Numbered from the stretch's first letter, positions 11,708 through 22,639 are shown. The stretch: DNA of 64,000 nucleotides from Euprymna scolopes (GCA_053919585.1 CM132825.1), one strand, 5' to 3'. Numbers and translations are program-made. Notes: a model not told the origin generated them from the sequence alone.

Positions 11708-12398
11708 TCTTTTATTTTGGAAATCACAACTTTATAAATATATAGGAATCAATAAAAAAAAATTGACTCTATAATAATATATACCAAATCTGCATGGATT
11801 AAAACATCATATTTACCACCATATTTATTTTACAACTGTGCTACACCGGGCATCCCTGCTAACTAAGATAAATACTTTTTCAGTTTGAATAAAAGAGCTA
11901 CAATAATATCAGGGCGTCTCCATATATGCTGAATACCCACAGAATGCCAAAATCAATATATTACATATAAAAGAGCCTGCTGTAGAATTTCCAGAGGTCC
12001 TGCTAGTAAATAGTAAATATTGCAATATTAACTCAATCAAACTTCAATGTTTGACTGTAATCCAAATAAGATTTCAATTCTTATTCAAAACAACAAAGTT
12101 TTTTTCTTTCGGATATTTCAGTGATGCAAGCAATCTACTTCTAACCATACTGATTGAGTTTTCTCAATTCTGTTTTTCAGTTAAAGAACCAAGATAAAAA
12201 AAACAAAAAAAAAACGCTTTTCTTCCTTGAGGAGGCGTACAAAACCAAACTGGCTATTTCTCGTAACTCCAGAAAACCAAACTGTTTCTGAATCGTCCAG
12301 AAGTTCAACTACCACTAACCTCCACTAGCGAATCTACTGAAATCTATCTACTTTCAACCAGGTATCCTAGAATCTTTTTCTCATTAACTCTCAACTGG

Positions 12399-13287
12399 AC
12401 CCCACTAAACATGTACCTCATTAAACATGCACCACATTAAACATACCCTCCATTAAACATACAACATACACAACACACTAAACATGCACCCCACTAAACG
12501 TGTACCCCATTAAACATGCACCACATTAAATGTGCACTCCATTAAACATACAACACACTAAACATGCACCCCACTAAACCGTGTACACCATTAAACACAC
12601 ACCACATTAAATGTGCACTCCATTAAACATACAACACATACAACACACTAAGCATGCACATCACTAAATGTGTACCCCATTAAACATGCACCACATGAAA
12701 TATGCACCCCATTAAAAATACAACACACACAACATACTAAACATGCACCCTACTAAACATGTACCCCATTAAACATGCACCACATTAAACATGCACTACA
12801 TTAAACATAAAACACACACAACACACTAAACATGCACACTACTAAACGTGTACCCCATTAAACATGCACAACATTGAACATGCACTCCATTAAACATACA
12901 ACACACATAACACACTAAAGATGCACCCCACTAAACGTGTACCCCATTAACCATGCACAACATTAAACATGCCACACACACAACACACTAAACATGCACC
13001 CCACTAAACGTGTGCCCCATTAAACATCACCACATTAAACATGCGCTCCATTAAACATACAACACACACTACACACTAAAAATGCATTCCACTAAACGTG
13101 TACCCTATTAAACACACACCACATTAAACATGCTCTCCATTAAACATGCAACACACACAACACACTAAACATGCATACTACTAAACATGTACCCTACTAA
13201 ACACACAACACATTAAACATGCGCTCCTTTAAACATACAACACACTAAACATGCATCCCACTAAATGTGTACCCTATTAAGCATGCA
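12399..13287. repeat. Minisatellite: ~17-bp subunits (CCAYTAAACATGYACC-like) arranged in ~80-90-bp higher-order units
   Basis: Cycle CCACTAAACGTGTACC/CCATTAAACATGCACCA/CATTAAACATGCACTC/CATTAAACATACAACA(CACACAA)/CACACTAAACATGCAC repeated about 10 times. Confidence 0.92.
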
Positions 13288-13479
13288 GTCTAGTGTATGT
13301 TCACAGGCATCAACTGATTTACCTTATGCTTACTTTCTGCACTTCATGTCTTTCTTTCACCCAATAAATGCCTATCTCTTCTCACAATTTTACTTATTTC
13401 ATTCCAGCTACGACAAGTGAATTTTCCTTTTTCATTTTGAGAACTTGATGAACAAGCAATATTATCTCCCTTGTTTAGA

Positions 13480-14140
13480 TTTTTTTTTTCTTTTCTTTTT
13501 TTTTTTTTTATTAGGGAGAGATCACCACACATCAATATCCAAAAGCCACTTGAAGATAAGAGTTTATCAGTGTCGGATAGCTGCTGAGAAAACACTGTGA
13601 TGATCGATGGTGGAACTTGGATAGTTTATTTAAGAGCACAGCTCAACAAGAACTTGTTTACATTAGACTTTAAAATGGTCATGTTATAATCAGATGGGTA
13701 GTTCTAGGAAAGAAACTTTGAGCATGGAATATTCGTTTAGTTTTAGGCACAGATAGAAAATAAGGGAAACTGTTGACAATTGCTGTAGCTAGATGATTAT
13801 TTGTTGCAAATGTCCTACAAGACAGGATCATAGGTAGAAGCTCAGTTGAGCACCTGCCATGAAAATAATGATAGTGCAGAGATAGACTTGCTATAATCTC
13901 TTCTGTGAGAAAGAGGAAATAGAATGGGGAAGAGAGCTTCGCCTACTAGATTTCAAAGTCAGCTTTGAACCCTGTCAAAGCAGGAAAGAGTATTCTTAGC
14001 AGCTCCTTCTCAGATGTGGCAACAGTAATCCCTCTTAGGAATTATTTGACTTGTACAGGTAAAGGATTGCGTCAGAGGTGAGATACTTTCTGGAGCAGTA
14101 GAATGATCCAACCATTTTATCAGTGACATCCGCAGCGGAT
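13480..14140 (-). mobile_element. Decayed 3' fragment of a LINE related to 6820-9406, with UTR and poly(A)
   Basis: Minus strand reads KMVGSFYCSRKYLTSDAILYLYKS..DYCCHI*EGAA..LSCFDRVQ. UTR AACTCTTATCTTCAAGTGGC...TGTGGTG matches 9340-9380. Poly(T) on plus strand at 13480-13510. Confidence 0.9.
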
Positions 14141-14141
14141 C

Positions 14142-14410
14142 TGTTGTAACTCTTCTATTTCAGCTCAGGGGTGATAGTCAGACGCAAAAGCCCTGTTAAA
14201 GCATGTGTAACAGAGCGCAGATATGTGCGTATGCAAATACTGAGACTATAAAAAGGAGAGAGAGCATGTTAGAGAGGATGATCACGTAAGAGACGTCACA
14301 TCTGTAACATGAAGTCACGTGTGGCAGGAGAATGAGAAAATAAATGTCGTTGTTACAAAAAAAGGAGTTGAGCTATTATTTGTCCTATGTTCCTTGCGAC
14401 ATAGGCTACA
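14142..14410 (+). mobile_element. Short solo-LTR-like element
   Basis: TGTTGTAAC start, octamer ATGCAAAT at 14231, TATAAAA at 14247, AATAAA at 14339, CA-ending termini at 14401 or 14410. No clear TSD. Confidence 0.45.
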
Positions 14411-15043
14411 TATACATATATGTAAAATTGTGTAAAAGTGTATGGCGGTACGAATGGTGCTTCCTCAAAATTTGTCTAGAACTTCAGACAAAACTTCCAA
14501 TTTACTTAATCAACATCTAATTTTTGTTATATTTTTATTTCTATACAAACATGGCTGTGGTGATGCCATAGTTATGCCTTGGCTGGTGATGACTGGCGGA
14601 CAATTCCTTTATTGTACACCCTAGTGACTCAGGCATGAGTCCTAGTACTGTGAAATAATATGGATAGTAGTTTGAATATGATTAGATGACTCCTCTCCCC
14701 CCGATTTGGATGCATTGTGGGGAGGGCACTACTACTCCCCCCCTCCTGCACTACTACTCCCTCCCTCCTGCATACCACTGATGCATTGTTAAATGAAAAA
14801 GTTAAAATTTTGTCGGCTTGAACTTCTAGTGTTACATAGCTGGAGTCTATACACATGTGCATCTTGTATGCGTGTGGGCTTGTGTAATGGCTGTAATGTT
14901 CTTCTTTTCTTGTACATATGGCTTCTGTCTCTCTAGTGCTTAATAAAGGTATGCATATTGTATAGATGATCTAAAACGTGTGGTACATACTTTTATGTTT
15001 ATAAACTGTTCTTCTAAAGAATGTGTGATGTTCATGTGGTCTA

Positions 15044-15136
15044 TTAGGTTGAAAAGAAAGATCTTTCAGAATTTTTAATTTTGATTTCAAATGATGTATT
15101 TTCAAATAAATTTTCGTTACAATACCTTTACTTTAT
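15044..15136 (+). mobile_element. Mariner 5' TIR/UTR fragment
   Basis: TA|TTAGGTTGAAAAGAAAG...AATTTTTAATTTTGATTTCAAATGATGTATTTTCAAATAAATTTTCGTTA is near-identical to 18054-18145. Confidence 0.85.
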
Positions 15137-15154
15137 ATAGTACCCTATTGTACC

Positions 15155-15599
15155 CTACTGGGTGACCGGCGTTGCTCAGGTGTTTGGAGATGTGTACTGA
15201 GCAAAAAAAAAAAAAGTGGTAGTAGGCAGGTTGGTAGGCTCGAGCCCGTACCATGAAGGAGGAAAAGAATGTGAAAAAAAAACGTGACGTCTTTACCGTT
15301 GCGTCCATCGCTAAATCGGAAGTGGCAAAGGTTTAAATTAAGGCTAGTCAATCGAAAAGAGTGGATGACTTTCGAAAATATCGGCAAAAAAAGCGATACC
15401 TCCCTGTAGAAAAGTGCCCTGTTCAGGGTGAAGGAATTAATATTTTTAGCCAATTTTTTTATATTTGTCGTCCGAAGAGTCGAGCTTCAAAATGATACAA
15501 TTTCATGAAAACCCGTCGCCTCTGTCGAAAGTTTTAGACATACATACATACATACATACATACATACATACATTTAAACAGACAGATTTATATTATAGA
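15155..15599 (-). mobile_element. Non-autonomous Helitron, family A, copy 3
   Basis: 5' TCTATAATATAAATC plus (TGTA)n. 3' hairpin remnant CCTGAGCAACGCCGG. Homologous to the other family A copies. Confidence 0.85.
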
Positions 15600-17595
15600 C
15601 TAGCGGGGGGTACTCGGCGATGCCCAGGTGTTTTGAGGTAAATCAAAACTCCAGGGTTGTTAAATAATAATAAAAAAATGTTTTGGTAGGTGAGTATGAG
15701 AATCGAACCCGTACCCTTGAGTTGGAAATTAATGTGTGAAAAAAAAAAAAGTGCTACGTTAACCATTGAGCCACGGCGACAGACAACGTTAAGCAGGTTT
15801 TAATTCATTTATTTATTTAACTATAAAAACAGGCGTGTGCAATACAAGTTAACTCTGCTGCTCCCATTTGTCCTAATTAAGAAGGTCAAATAGAAGGCAT
15901 GCAGCGTTTGGGTTTGTTTATCCAAATTTGACTGTTTCTTCCCCCAACAGATGTTGGGGAGGGGTGTCCAGATTAAATCTGATATAAAAGATTGATCAAA
16001 GCTGATTGCTTTTGGATGTTTTTCCCGGTGCAATGCCGAGAATACGTCATTTGAGTTTAGTTTCACTTTATTTATACTAAAAAGCCCGATCAACACGCGA
16101 GAAGCCAAAATAGCAATAATTTTGTAAAAATCGACGTAAATAAATCTATACGCTACGCGCTTTTCTAATTCCTAGATATTATTATATAGGACCTATATAA
16201 ACAGTTTTAGGCGAAAGTAACGACCCCGGGAGCGTGTGCGAGAAAAGCCTTTTGAAGACATACACGAAATGGTCACACACATTTTGCCTTTTATATATAT
16301 AGACTAGCGGGGGGTACCTGGTGATGCCCGGGTGTCTTGAGGTAAATCAAAACTCCGGGAGGGTAGGGGGTGTTAAATAATAATAAAAAAATGTTTTGGT
16401 AGGTAAGTATGAGAATCGAACCCGTACCCTTGAGTTGGAAATTAATATGTGAAAAAAAAAAAGTGCTACGTTAACCATTGAGCCACGGCGACAGACATCG
16501 TTAAACAGGTTTGAAATTATTTATTTAACTATAAAATCAGGCGTGCGCAATAAAAGTTAGCTCTGCTGCTTCCATTTGACCTAATTAAGAAGGTCAAATA
16601 GAGTCACGCTGGACGTTTTTCCCGGCGCAATGCCGAGAATACGTCGTTTGAGTTTAGTTTCAGTTTATTTATACTAAAAAGCCTAATCAACATGCGAGAA
16701 GCCAAAATAGCAATAATTTTGTAAAAATCGACGTAAATAAATCTATAAGCTACATGCATTCCCAAATCCTACATATTATTATCTAGAACCTATATACACA
16801 GTTTTAAGCGATAGTAACGACCCCGGGAGCATGTGCGAGAAAAGCCTTTTGAAGACATACACAAAATGGTCACACACATTTTGCCTTTTATATATATAGA
16901 CTAGCGGGGGGTACCTGGCGATGCCCGGGTGTCTTGAGATAAATCAAAACTCTGGGGGTGGTTAAATAATAAAAAAAAATGTTTTCGTAGGTGAGTGTAT
17001 GAGGATCGAACCCATGCCCTTGAGTTGGAAATTAATGTGTGAAAAAAAACAGTGCGACGTTAATCATTGAGCCACGGCGACAGACAACGTTAAGCAGGTT
17101 ATTTAACTATAAAAACAGGTGTGCACAATAAAAGTTAACTCTGTTGCTTCCATTTGACCTAATTAAGAAGGTCAAAGAGAAGTCACGCAGCGTTTGGGTT
17201 TGTTTACCCAAATTTAACTGTTTCTTCCCCCAACAGATGTTGGGGAGGGGGAAAGCAGCTCCCAATTGTCCAGATTGAATAGCAACTGATCAAAGCTGAT
17301 TGCTTCTCGACGTTTTTCCCGGCGCAATGCTGAAGACGTCGTTTGAGTTTAGTTTCACTTTATTTATACTAAAAAGCCCAATCAACACGCGAGAAGTCAA
17401 AATAGCAATAATTTTGTAAAAATCGACGTAAATAAATCTATACGCTACATGGTTTCCTAATTCCTAGATATTATTATATAGGACCTATATACACAGTTTT
17501 AAGCGATAGTAACGACCCCAGGAGCGTGTGCGAGAAAAGCCTTTTGAAGACATACACGAAATGGTCACACACATTTTGCCTTTTATATATATAGA
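15600..17595 (-). mobile_element. Three head-to-tail non-autonomous Helitrons, family B (15600-16303, 16304-16900, 16901-17595)
   Basis: Each unit on the minus strand runs 5'-TCTATATATATAAAAGGC...CCCGGGCATCGCCAGG-like hairpin-TACCCCCCG-CTAG-3'. Junctions are CTAG|TC and the outer flank is A|TC. Confidence 0.9.
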
Positions 17596-18053
17596 TAGAA
17601 GATTGATGGGTGTAATGTATTGGAAGTAATCGTTACTTGCTAAATATCGATTACTATCATGGTAGGATAGCAGGATGGATGTTGATTAAGGAAAGAAAAG
17701 TGATATGTAAATGGGACATGGAGAGAAGTTGCATATAAAATTTGATAATGTGGGTGTTATTATTTATGTAAAAGGATCCTAGGGTGGGCTGATACGTTTT
17801 GTATTTTTCATATGACGTACTATGTTAAACTACGAATAGGGGGAGGATTTAGTAAATTATGTGTTTTTGTTGCAAGTCATGTTGGCGTTATCAATCATTT
17901 GTAAGATGTTGAGTTATGTACAGGGAATAATTCCTAGATGCAAGTTAGGGTTGAATTTAGACATTTTTAATGAATCGGAATTGGTGATTGTATCAGAATC
18001 GGAAAATATGTTGGAATTGTCCCATCACTAATTATAAGATACATATTAATTTA

Positions 18054-19379
18054 TTAGGTTGATAAGAAAGTTCTTGTGGAATTTTTAATTTTGATTTCAA
18101 ATGATGTATTTTCAAATAAATTTTCGTTATAATACCTTTATTTTATGCATCATTTTAAAGAGCGTTCTTAGCTCTATCAAATCGTTTAAATTACAATCGT
18201 TTTAAAACAATTATGTCTTCTTTTCAGAAAGATGAATACAAGATGGAAAAACAGAAAATCCACACAATTTTCTTATCTCAATTCAAACTAGGCTGAAAAG
18301 CTGCTGAAACAGCTCGCAATATCAACAAAGCATTTGGCCCAGAAACCAGTACTGAACGCACAGCGCAATGATACTTTTCATGGCAGTAACGGGAGTCTTC
18401 AAGATGATGAGCATAGTGGTCGGCCATTGGATGTTGACAACAATCGAAGCCAATCCACAAACAACTGTTCGATAACTTGCTTCTGAATTAGATGTAACAT
18501 ATACAGTGATTTCCAACTACTTGAGAGAAATTGAAAAGACAAAAATAAACTTGATAAATGGGTGTCTCATGAATTGAACAACAACCAAAAGAAACGTCAT
18601 TATGAAGTGTCATTTTCTTTTATTTGACGCAACAAGAACGACCCGTTTCTCAACTGTATTGTGACTTGCGATGAAAAGTGGGTTCTTTAAGACAACCAGT
18701 GACACTTATCTCAGTGGTTAGATGCCGATGAAACTCCACGACACTTCCCGAAGCCAGAGTTACATCAAAAGAAGGTTATGCTGACTGCTTGGTGGTCTGC
18801 GACTGCCACTCAGGGGTAATGAAGCCAAAGTTGCACCAAAAGAAGGTCATACTGTCTGTTTGGTGGTCTGCATCTGATCTCATACATTACAGTTTTTTTT
18901 AATACAAGCAAAACCATTATGGTAGAAAAATACTGTCAACAAATGGATGAGATGCATAAAAATATTAACACCAACACCCAGCATTAGTCAACAGAAAAGG
19001 CCCAATTCTCCTCCACGACAATGTCCGACCGCACATTGCTAAACCAACCCTGCAGAAGTTGAACGAATTGGGCTACGAAACTCTGCCTCATCCGCCATAA
19101 TCTCCAAACCTCTCACCTACCAACTGCCACTTTTGCAAGCATCTCGATAACTTTCTACATGAGAAATGCTTCAAAAACCCAAGTGATATAAAAAAACGCC
19201 TTCAGTGACTTGATCGCCACCAGAACACAAGATTTTTAAATTACTAGCATAAAACCACTTGCTTTATGTTGGCAAAAGTGTGTTGATTCTGATGGTGTTT
19301 ATTTCGATCAATAAAATTTTGGTTGAGCCGAGATATGTTTATCTGAATTTAAAAATTAAAACCACAACAACTTTCCTAT
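18054..19379 (+). mobile_element. Mariner (Tc1/mariner, cecropia/Hsmar1-like subfamily), defective
   Basis: TA|TTAGGTTGATAAGAAAGTTCTTGTGG left TIR. Right TIR remnant AAAATTAAAACCACAACAACTTTCCTAT lacks its outer ~8 bp. Length ~1.3 kb. Confidence 0.92.
18243..19313 (+). pseudogene. Mariner transposase pseudogene
   Basis: MEKQKIHTIFLSQFKLG*KAAETARNINKAFGP, WVSHEL (WVPHEL), VTCDEKW, LHDNVRPH, P*SPNLSPT (YSPDLSP). Multiple stops and frameshifts. Confidence 0.93.
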
Positions 19380-20129
19380 TTAGGATAAAAAATATATCAG
19401 AGAGGCCGTAGCACTCTCTATATAGGGATGGCCCGTACACGCCTATATACGCCTACAAAACAAAACTATCCAAATCTCAACTAAAATCAACTTATAAGTT
19501 TCAAAAAGCACATATTCTTACAGAGAAGCGTCTTACGAATCCAGCGAGTGTCAGAACGTCGGTTAAAATGTCAAAAGAGAGCAAAAAAAAAGGGTACAAA
19601 AATGGCCAATTGTTCTTCTTTCTTCTTTCTTCTTTCTTCTTCTGCTTTCTTCTTTCTTTTGAGACAATGTATCTCGGTGTACGAACGGTCTCTGACAACA
19701 GTTCAAGCATCAATCGACTGCTCTTTACACGGAGAAGTGCAGTGACCTATCGTTTTTTAGCTAACTCCATAATTAAATAAGATTACGTGTAATAACAAGT
19801 TTTAAACACTATATACCCAATGTAGACAGACCACTTCGAACACGGAACTTCTCTCAAAAGGGACAGCTCCAAATAATACACCGGATGCTCACAGACGTTC
19901 CAGTTTGCCAGTGGCCTATATTTCTTGGACGCTGAATATTTGAGGTGAACGTTAAGGTTTTTTCTTTAAACAGTAACCCACCAGCGTTAATGAAACCACG
20001 AAATCTTTATCTCAGTTGATCAAAATTGTTATAAGAGTAACCTATCAACAAGTACGACGTCAAAAAACAATGTTATAAAAACAAATAATTCTTCAGATTT
20101 TGGACTGTAAAATATGTACAAAATGTCAA

Positions 20130-20201
20130 TGCTGTGACCAGGATTCGAACCTAGGTTAGCACGGCCACAACGTGGGGTCCTAACCTCTAGACGATCACGG
20201 C
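20130..20201 (-). tRNA. tRNA-His(GUG) gene or recent pseudogene
   Basis: GCCGTGATCGTCTAGAGGTTAGGACCCCACGTTGTGGCCGTGCTAACCTAGGTTCGAATCCTGGTCACAGCA folds as a cloverleaf with GTG anticodon and intact B box. One acceptor-stem and one anticodon-stem mismatch. T4 run shortly downstream. Confidence 0.9.
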
Positions 20202-20773
20202 TAACACTGACGTCTGTCGCTCTTGGCAGAAAGACACATGACTACTGTCAAACTATTGAAAAATAAGGAGGAAACTTGAAATTCTCACGCATGCGCAAAA
20301 TACACTATAGCAACCATTGTTAAATGCAGCTGAATCTCTTCGCTCGCTAAGAAAAGTAGATCAGACCAGTTCTTCTAAGAACTCACCAAACGCCAAAGGA
20401 AATAAGTTAAATTAACCGCAAAAGAAACTGCAAGAAAGTCATCTTCTAAGAACTCACTGGAAGCTGACCAAAAAGAATCAAAATCCAAGCCCTAGCCACA
20501 AAAATAACTAGATATTGTGGCTACTATACACAATCTACTAATAAAAACAAGTAAGTTTTCTAAAATAAACTACAATAAATTAATCAAGTAACCTCACACT
20601 GTCACTGATTAGGACTTCATATAAAGATAACAACTGCACTATTGGTGTATATACCGTTACACACTTTAACTATTGGTGACGGGGCAGTATCTCAATTCTA
20701 CGAGAGTTGTCTTGCTATAAGTGATATTGTAGTAAGATACACATAAGTGTTATATGTTTACATTTAATAAAAA

Positions 20774-21274
20774 ATGCCAAAGTCAGCACGTAGTAAAAAA
20801 GCTCAGAGAAATATAGACTATGAAAAAAACAAAGTCAAGGTATTATCTGAGCAAAAAGAATACTATCAGAAAAATGCTGAAATAATAAAAATTAAGTATC
20901 ATGCAAATCCTGAGGCAAAGAAGGCTGCCTCATGTGCTGACTCAAAAGCACGGTATAACAGGGATCCCGAGGGGGAAAAAACTGCCTCACGTGCTCTTTA
21001 TAACAAAGAACCAGAAAAAAAGAAGGCTGCCTCATGTGCTGACTCAAAAGCACGGTATAACAGGGATTCTGAGGAGAAAAAAGCTGCCTCACGTGCTCTT
21101 TATAACAAAGAACCAGAAAAAAAGAAGGCTGCCTCATGTGCTGACTCAAAAGCACGGTATAACAGGGATCCCAAGGGAAAAACGCTGCCTTATGCACAAA
21201 CTATTATAAATATAAATATCAAAAACTGCCAAATCTTTGCCAAAACGCCAAAGAATGAACCAAGAAAAATTTAA
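20774..21274 (+). CDS. 166-aa Lys/Ala-rich ORF with 34-aa (102-bp) tandem repeats; possibly an N-terminal remnant of a transposon protein
   Basis: ATG-initiated ORF. KKAASCADSKARYNRDPEGEKTASRALYNKEPEK occurs about 2.6 times (AAGGCTGCC at 20921, 21023, 21125). Indel-free repeats keep the frame. Confidence 0.5.
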   Translation: MPKSARSKKAQRNIDYEKNKVKVLSEQKEYYQKNAEIIKIKYHANPEAKKAASCADSKARYNRDPEGEKTASRALYNKEPEKKKAASCADSKARYNRDSEEKKAASRALYNKEPEKKKAASCADSKARYNRDPKGKTLPYAQTIININIKNCQIFAKTPKNEPRKI

Positions 21275-21527
21275 TAGTGAAGGTATGAACATTTTAGAAC
21301 TTTATAATACTCTAACTGTTTTATCAGAGAGGTGGTACCACTCTCTATGTAATATAGAACCGATGGAGGACCAAGAGGCAACTCCTAAGGCCCAAAACCC
21401 AAATACCTAAAACCCAGCAGGAAGCGACCTGTTACTAATGGAGGCGGCAATGAGCCGCCTCCTAAAAAAGACAATACTATCATGAATGTAAGTTTAAAAA
21501 TAAGACTGTAAGTAAAAATACTAATTA

Positions 21528-21829
21528 ACAAGAATAAAAAAGCATTGAAAATGCAAAAGGATATAGGGATGGTATGCCAAAAAGTATACAAACAAGATAA
21601 CTATGAATGGCTAGGCACATGGAAATAGAATTGCATCCAAAGTATAACCCTATAGCTTTTTACAACCGTAATGATGGCACGGAATGAAGATTGGAGAAAA
21701 GCTATAGGGCTATACTTTGGATGCAATTCTATTTCCATGTGCCTAGCCATTCATAGCTATCTTGTTTGTATACTTTTTGGCATACCATCCCTATATCCTT
21801 TTGCATTTCCAATGCTTTTTTATTCTTGT
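21528..21829. repeat. Near-perfect inverted repeat (133-bp arms, ~3 mismatches, 36-bp spacer)
   Basis: ACAAGAATAAAAAAGCATT...CCCTATAGCTTTT / AAAAGCTATAGGG...AATGCTTTTTTATTCTTGT. Confidence 0.95.
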
Positions 21830-21847
21830 GTTATTTGGATTAATCTG

Positions 21848-21971
21848 ATTACTGTTCTCATTTTGGATCTTATTCTCCCATTTAACTCCATGTACTCTCC
21901 AATTATGTTCAGATGCAGATGCATCTTGTCTAAATTTTGTGAGAATAACATCCAAGATGAGAACAGTAATC
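21848..21971. repeat. Inverted repeat (~30-bp arms)
   Basis: ATTACTGTTCTCATTTTGGATCTTATTCTC / GAGAATAACATCCAAGATGAGAACAGTAAT. Confidence 0.8.
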
Positions 21972-22277
21972 TTAATAATCCAGATTATAAATCCTCATCT
22001 AAAAAAAAAAAAAATCTGTAACAGACTTTGCAATATATTATTTAAATATTGGAATTCTGTAAGTAATTTGTATATTTTTATTTATTTATTTTGTGGTCTA
22101 TTATCCTCATCTTTATAGTTGTTTCCAATCACGGTTAACAACCTGATGAAGTTCAGAGGAATAGTTGGCCAATGCTTTTTTATTCTTGTAAAGATATAAA
22201 GTAAAAGATGGTCATACACTTTTAGAAGACACTTATTTTGAATAAAAATTTTTAGAGTGTCAGAAATAAGGATAAAA

Positions 22278-22505
22278 TCATTTTTATTTACTTTTTTGTT
22301 GTTGTTGTAAGTTCAATATTTCGGTAAAAATAGCATCATCAGGGTAAGAAGTCCGGTCTGTGGTTTTTATTTTCTTCATTTTGGTGTTCCAACTTCCTCC
22401 ATAACATCAAAATGAAGAATTACGGACTAGACTTCCTAGCATGATAAAGCTATTTTTAGCAAAATATTGGACTTACAACAACTACAAAAAAGTAAATAAA
22501 AATGA
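22278..22505. repeat. Inverted repeat (~105-bp arms) carrying hammerhead-like CTGATGA...GAAA cores
   Basis: TCATTTTTATTTACTTTTTTGT...CTTCATTTTGGTGTT / AACATCAAAATGAAG...ACAAAAAAGTAAATAAAAATGA. Confidence 0.85.
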
Positions 22506-22639
22506 CACTTCAAAGTCTTATATAAAAATCTTATATAAAAATATATTGCCAACATGTGCACGACTTTTAACATGTCTCATATCTTTCATGCCAACCATTC
22601 CACTGTCCTCTCGGCTTTGGCCTTTTTATAATATCTTTT

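Noticed and set aside
15698-17081. Genuine tRNA genes in the Helitron B units
   Set aside because: A/B boxes are present, but there is no cloverleaf and a long T run replaces the anticodon arm.
15044-18145. ~90-bp direct repeats at 15044 and 18054 as LTRs of a 3-kb element
   Set aside because: Both are mariner left ends (TA|TTAGGTTG); the interval is a Helitron array, not gag/pol.
20892-21209. Alternative-frame ORFs over the 102-bp repeat
   Set aside because: Shadow frames of the same repeat. Only 20774-21274 extends well beyond the repeat with a coherent composition.
19419-21572. Shared ATATAGGGATGG at ~19420 and ~21561 as a sub-terminal repeat
   Set aside because: Only 12 bp with no extension; it could be chance.
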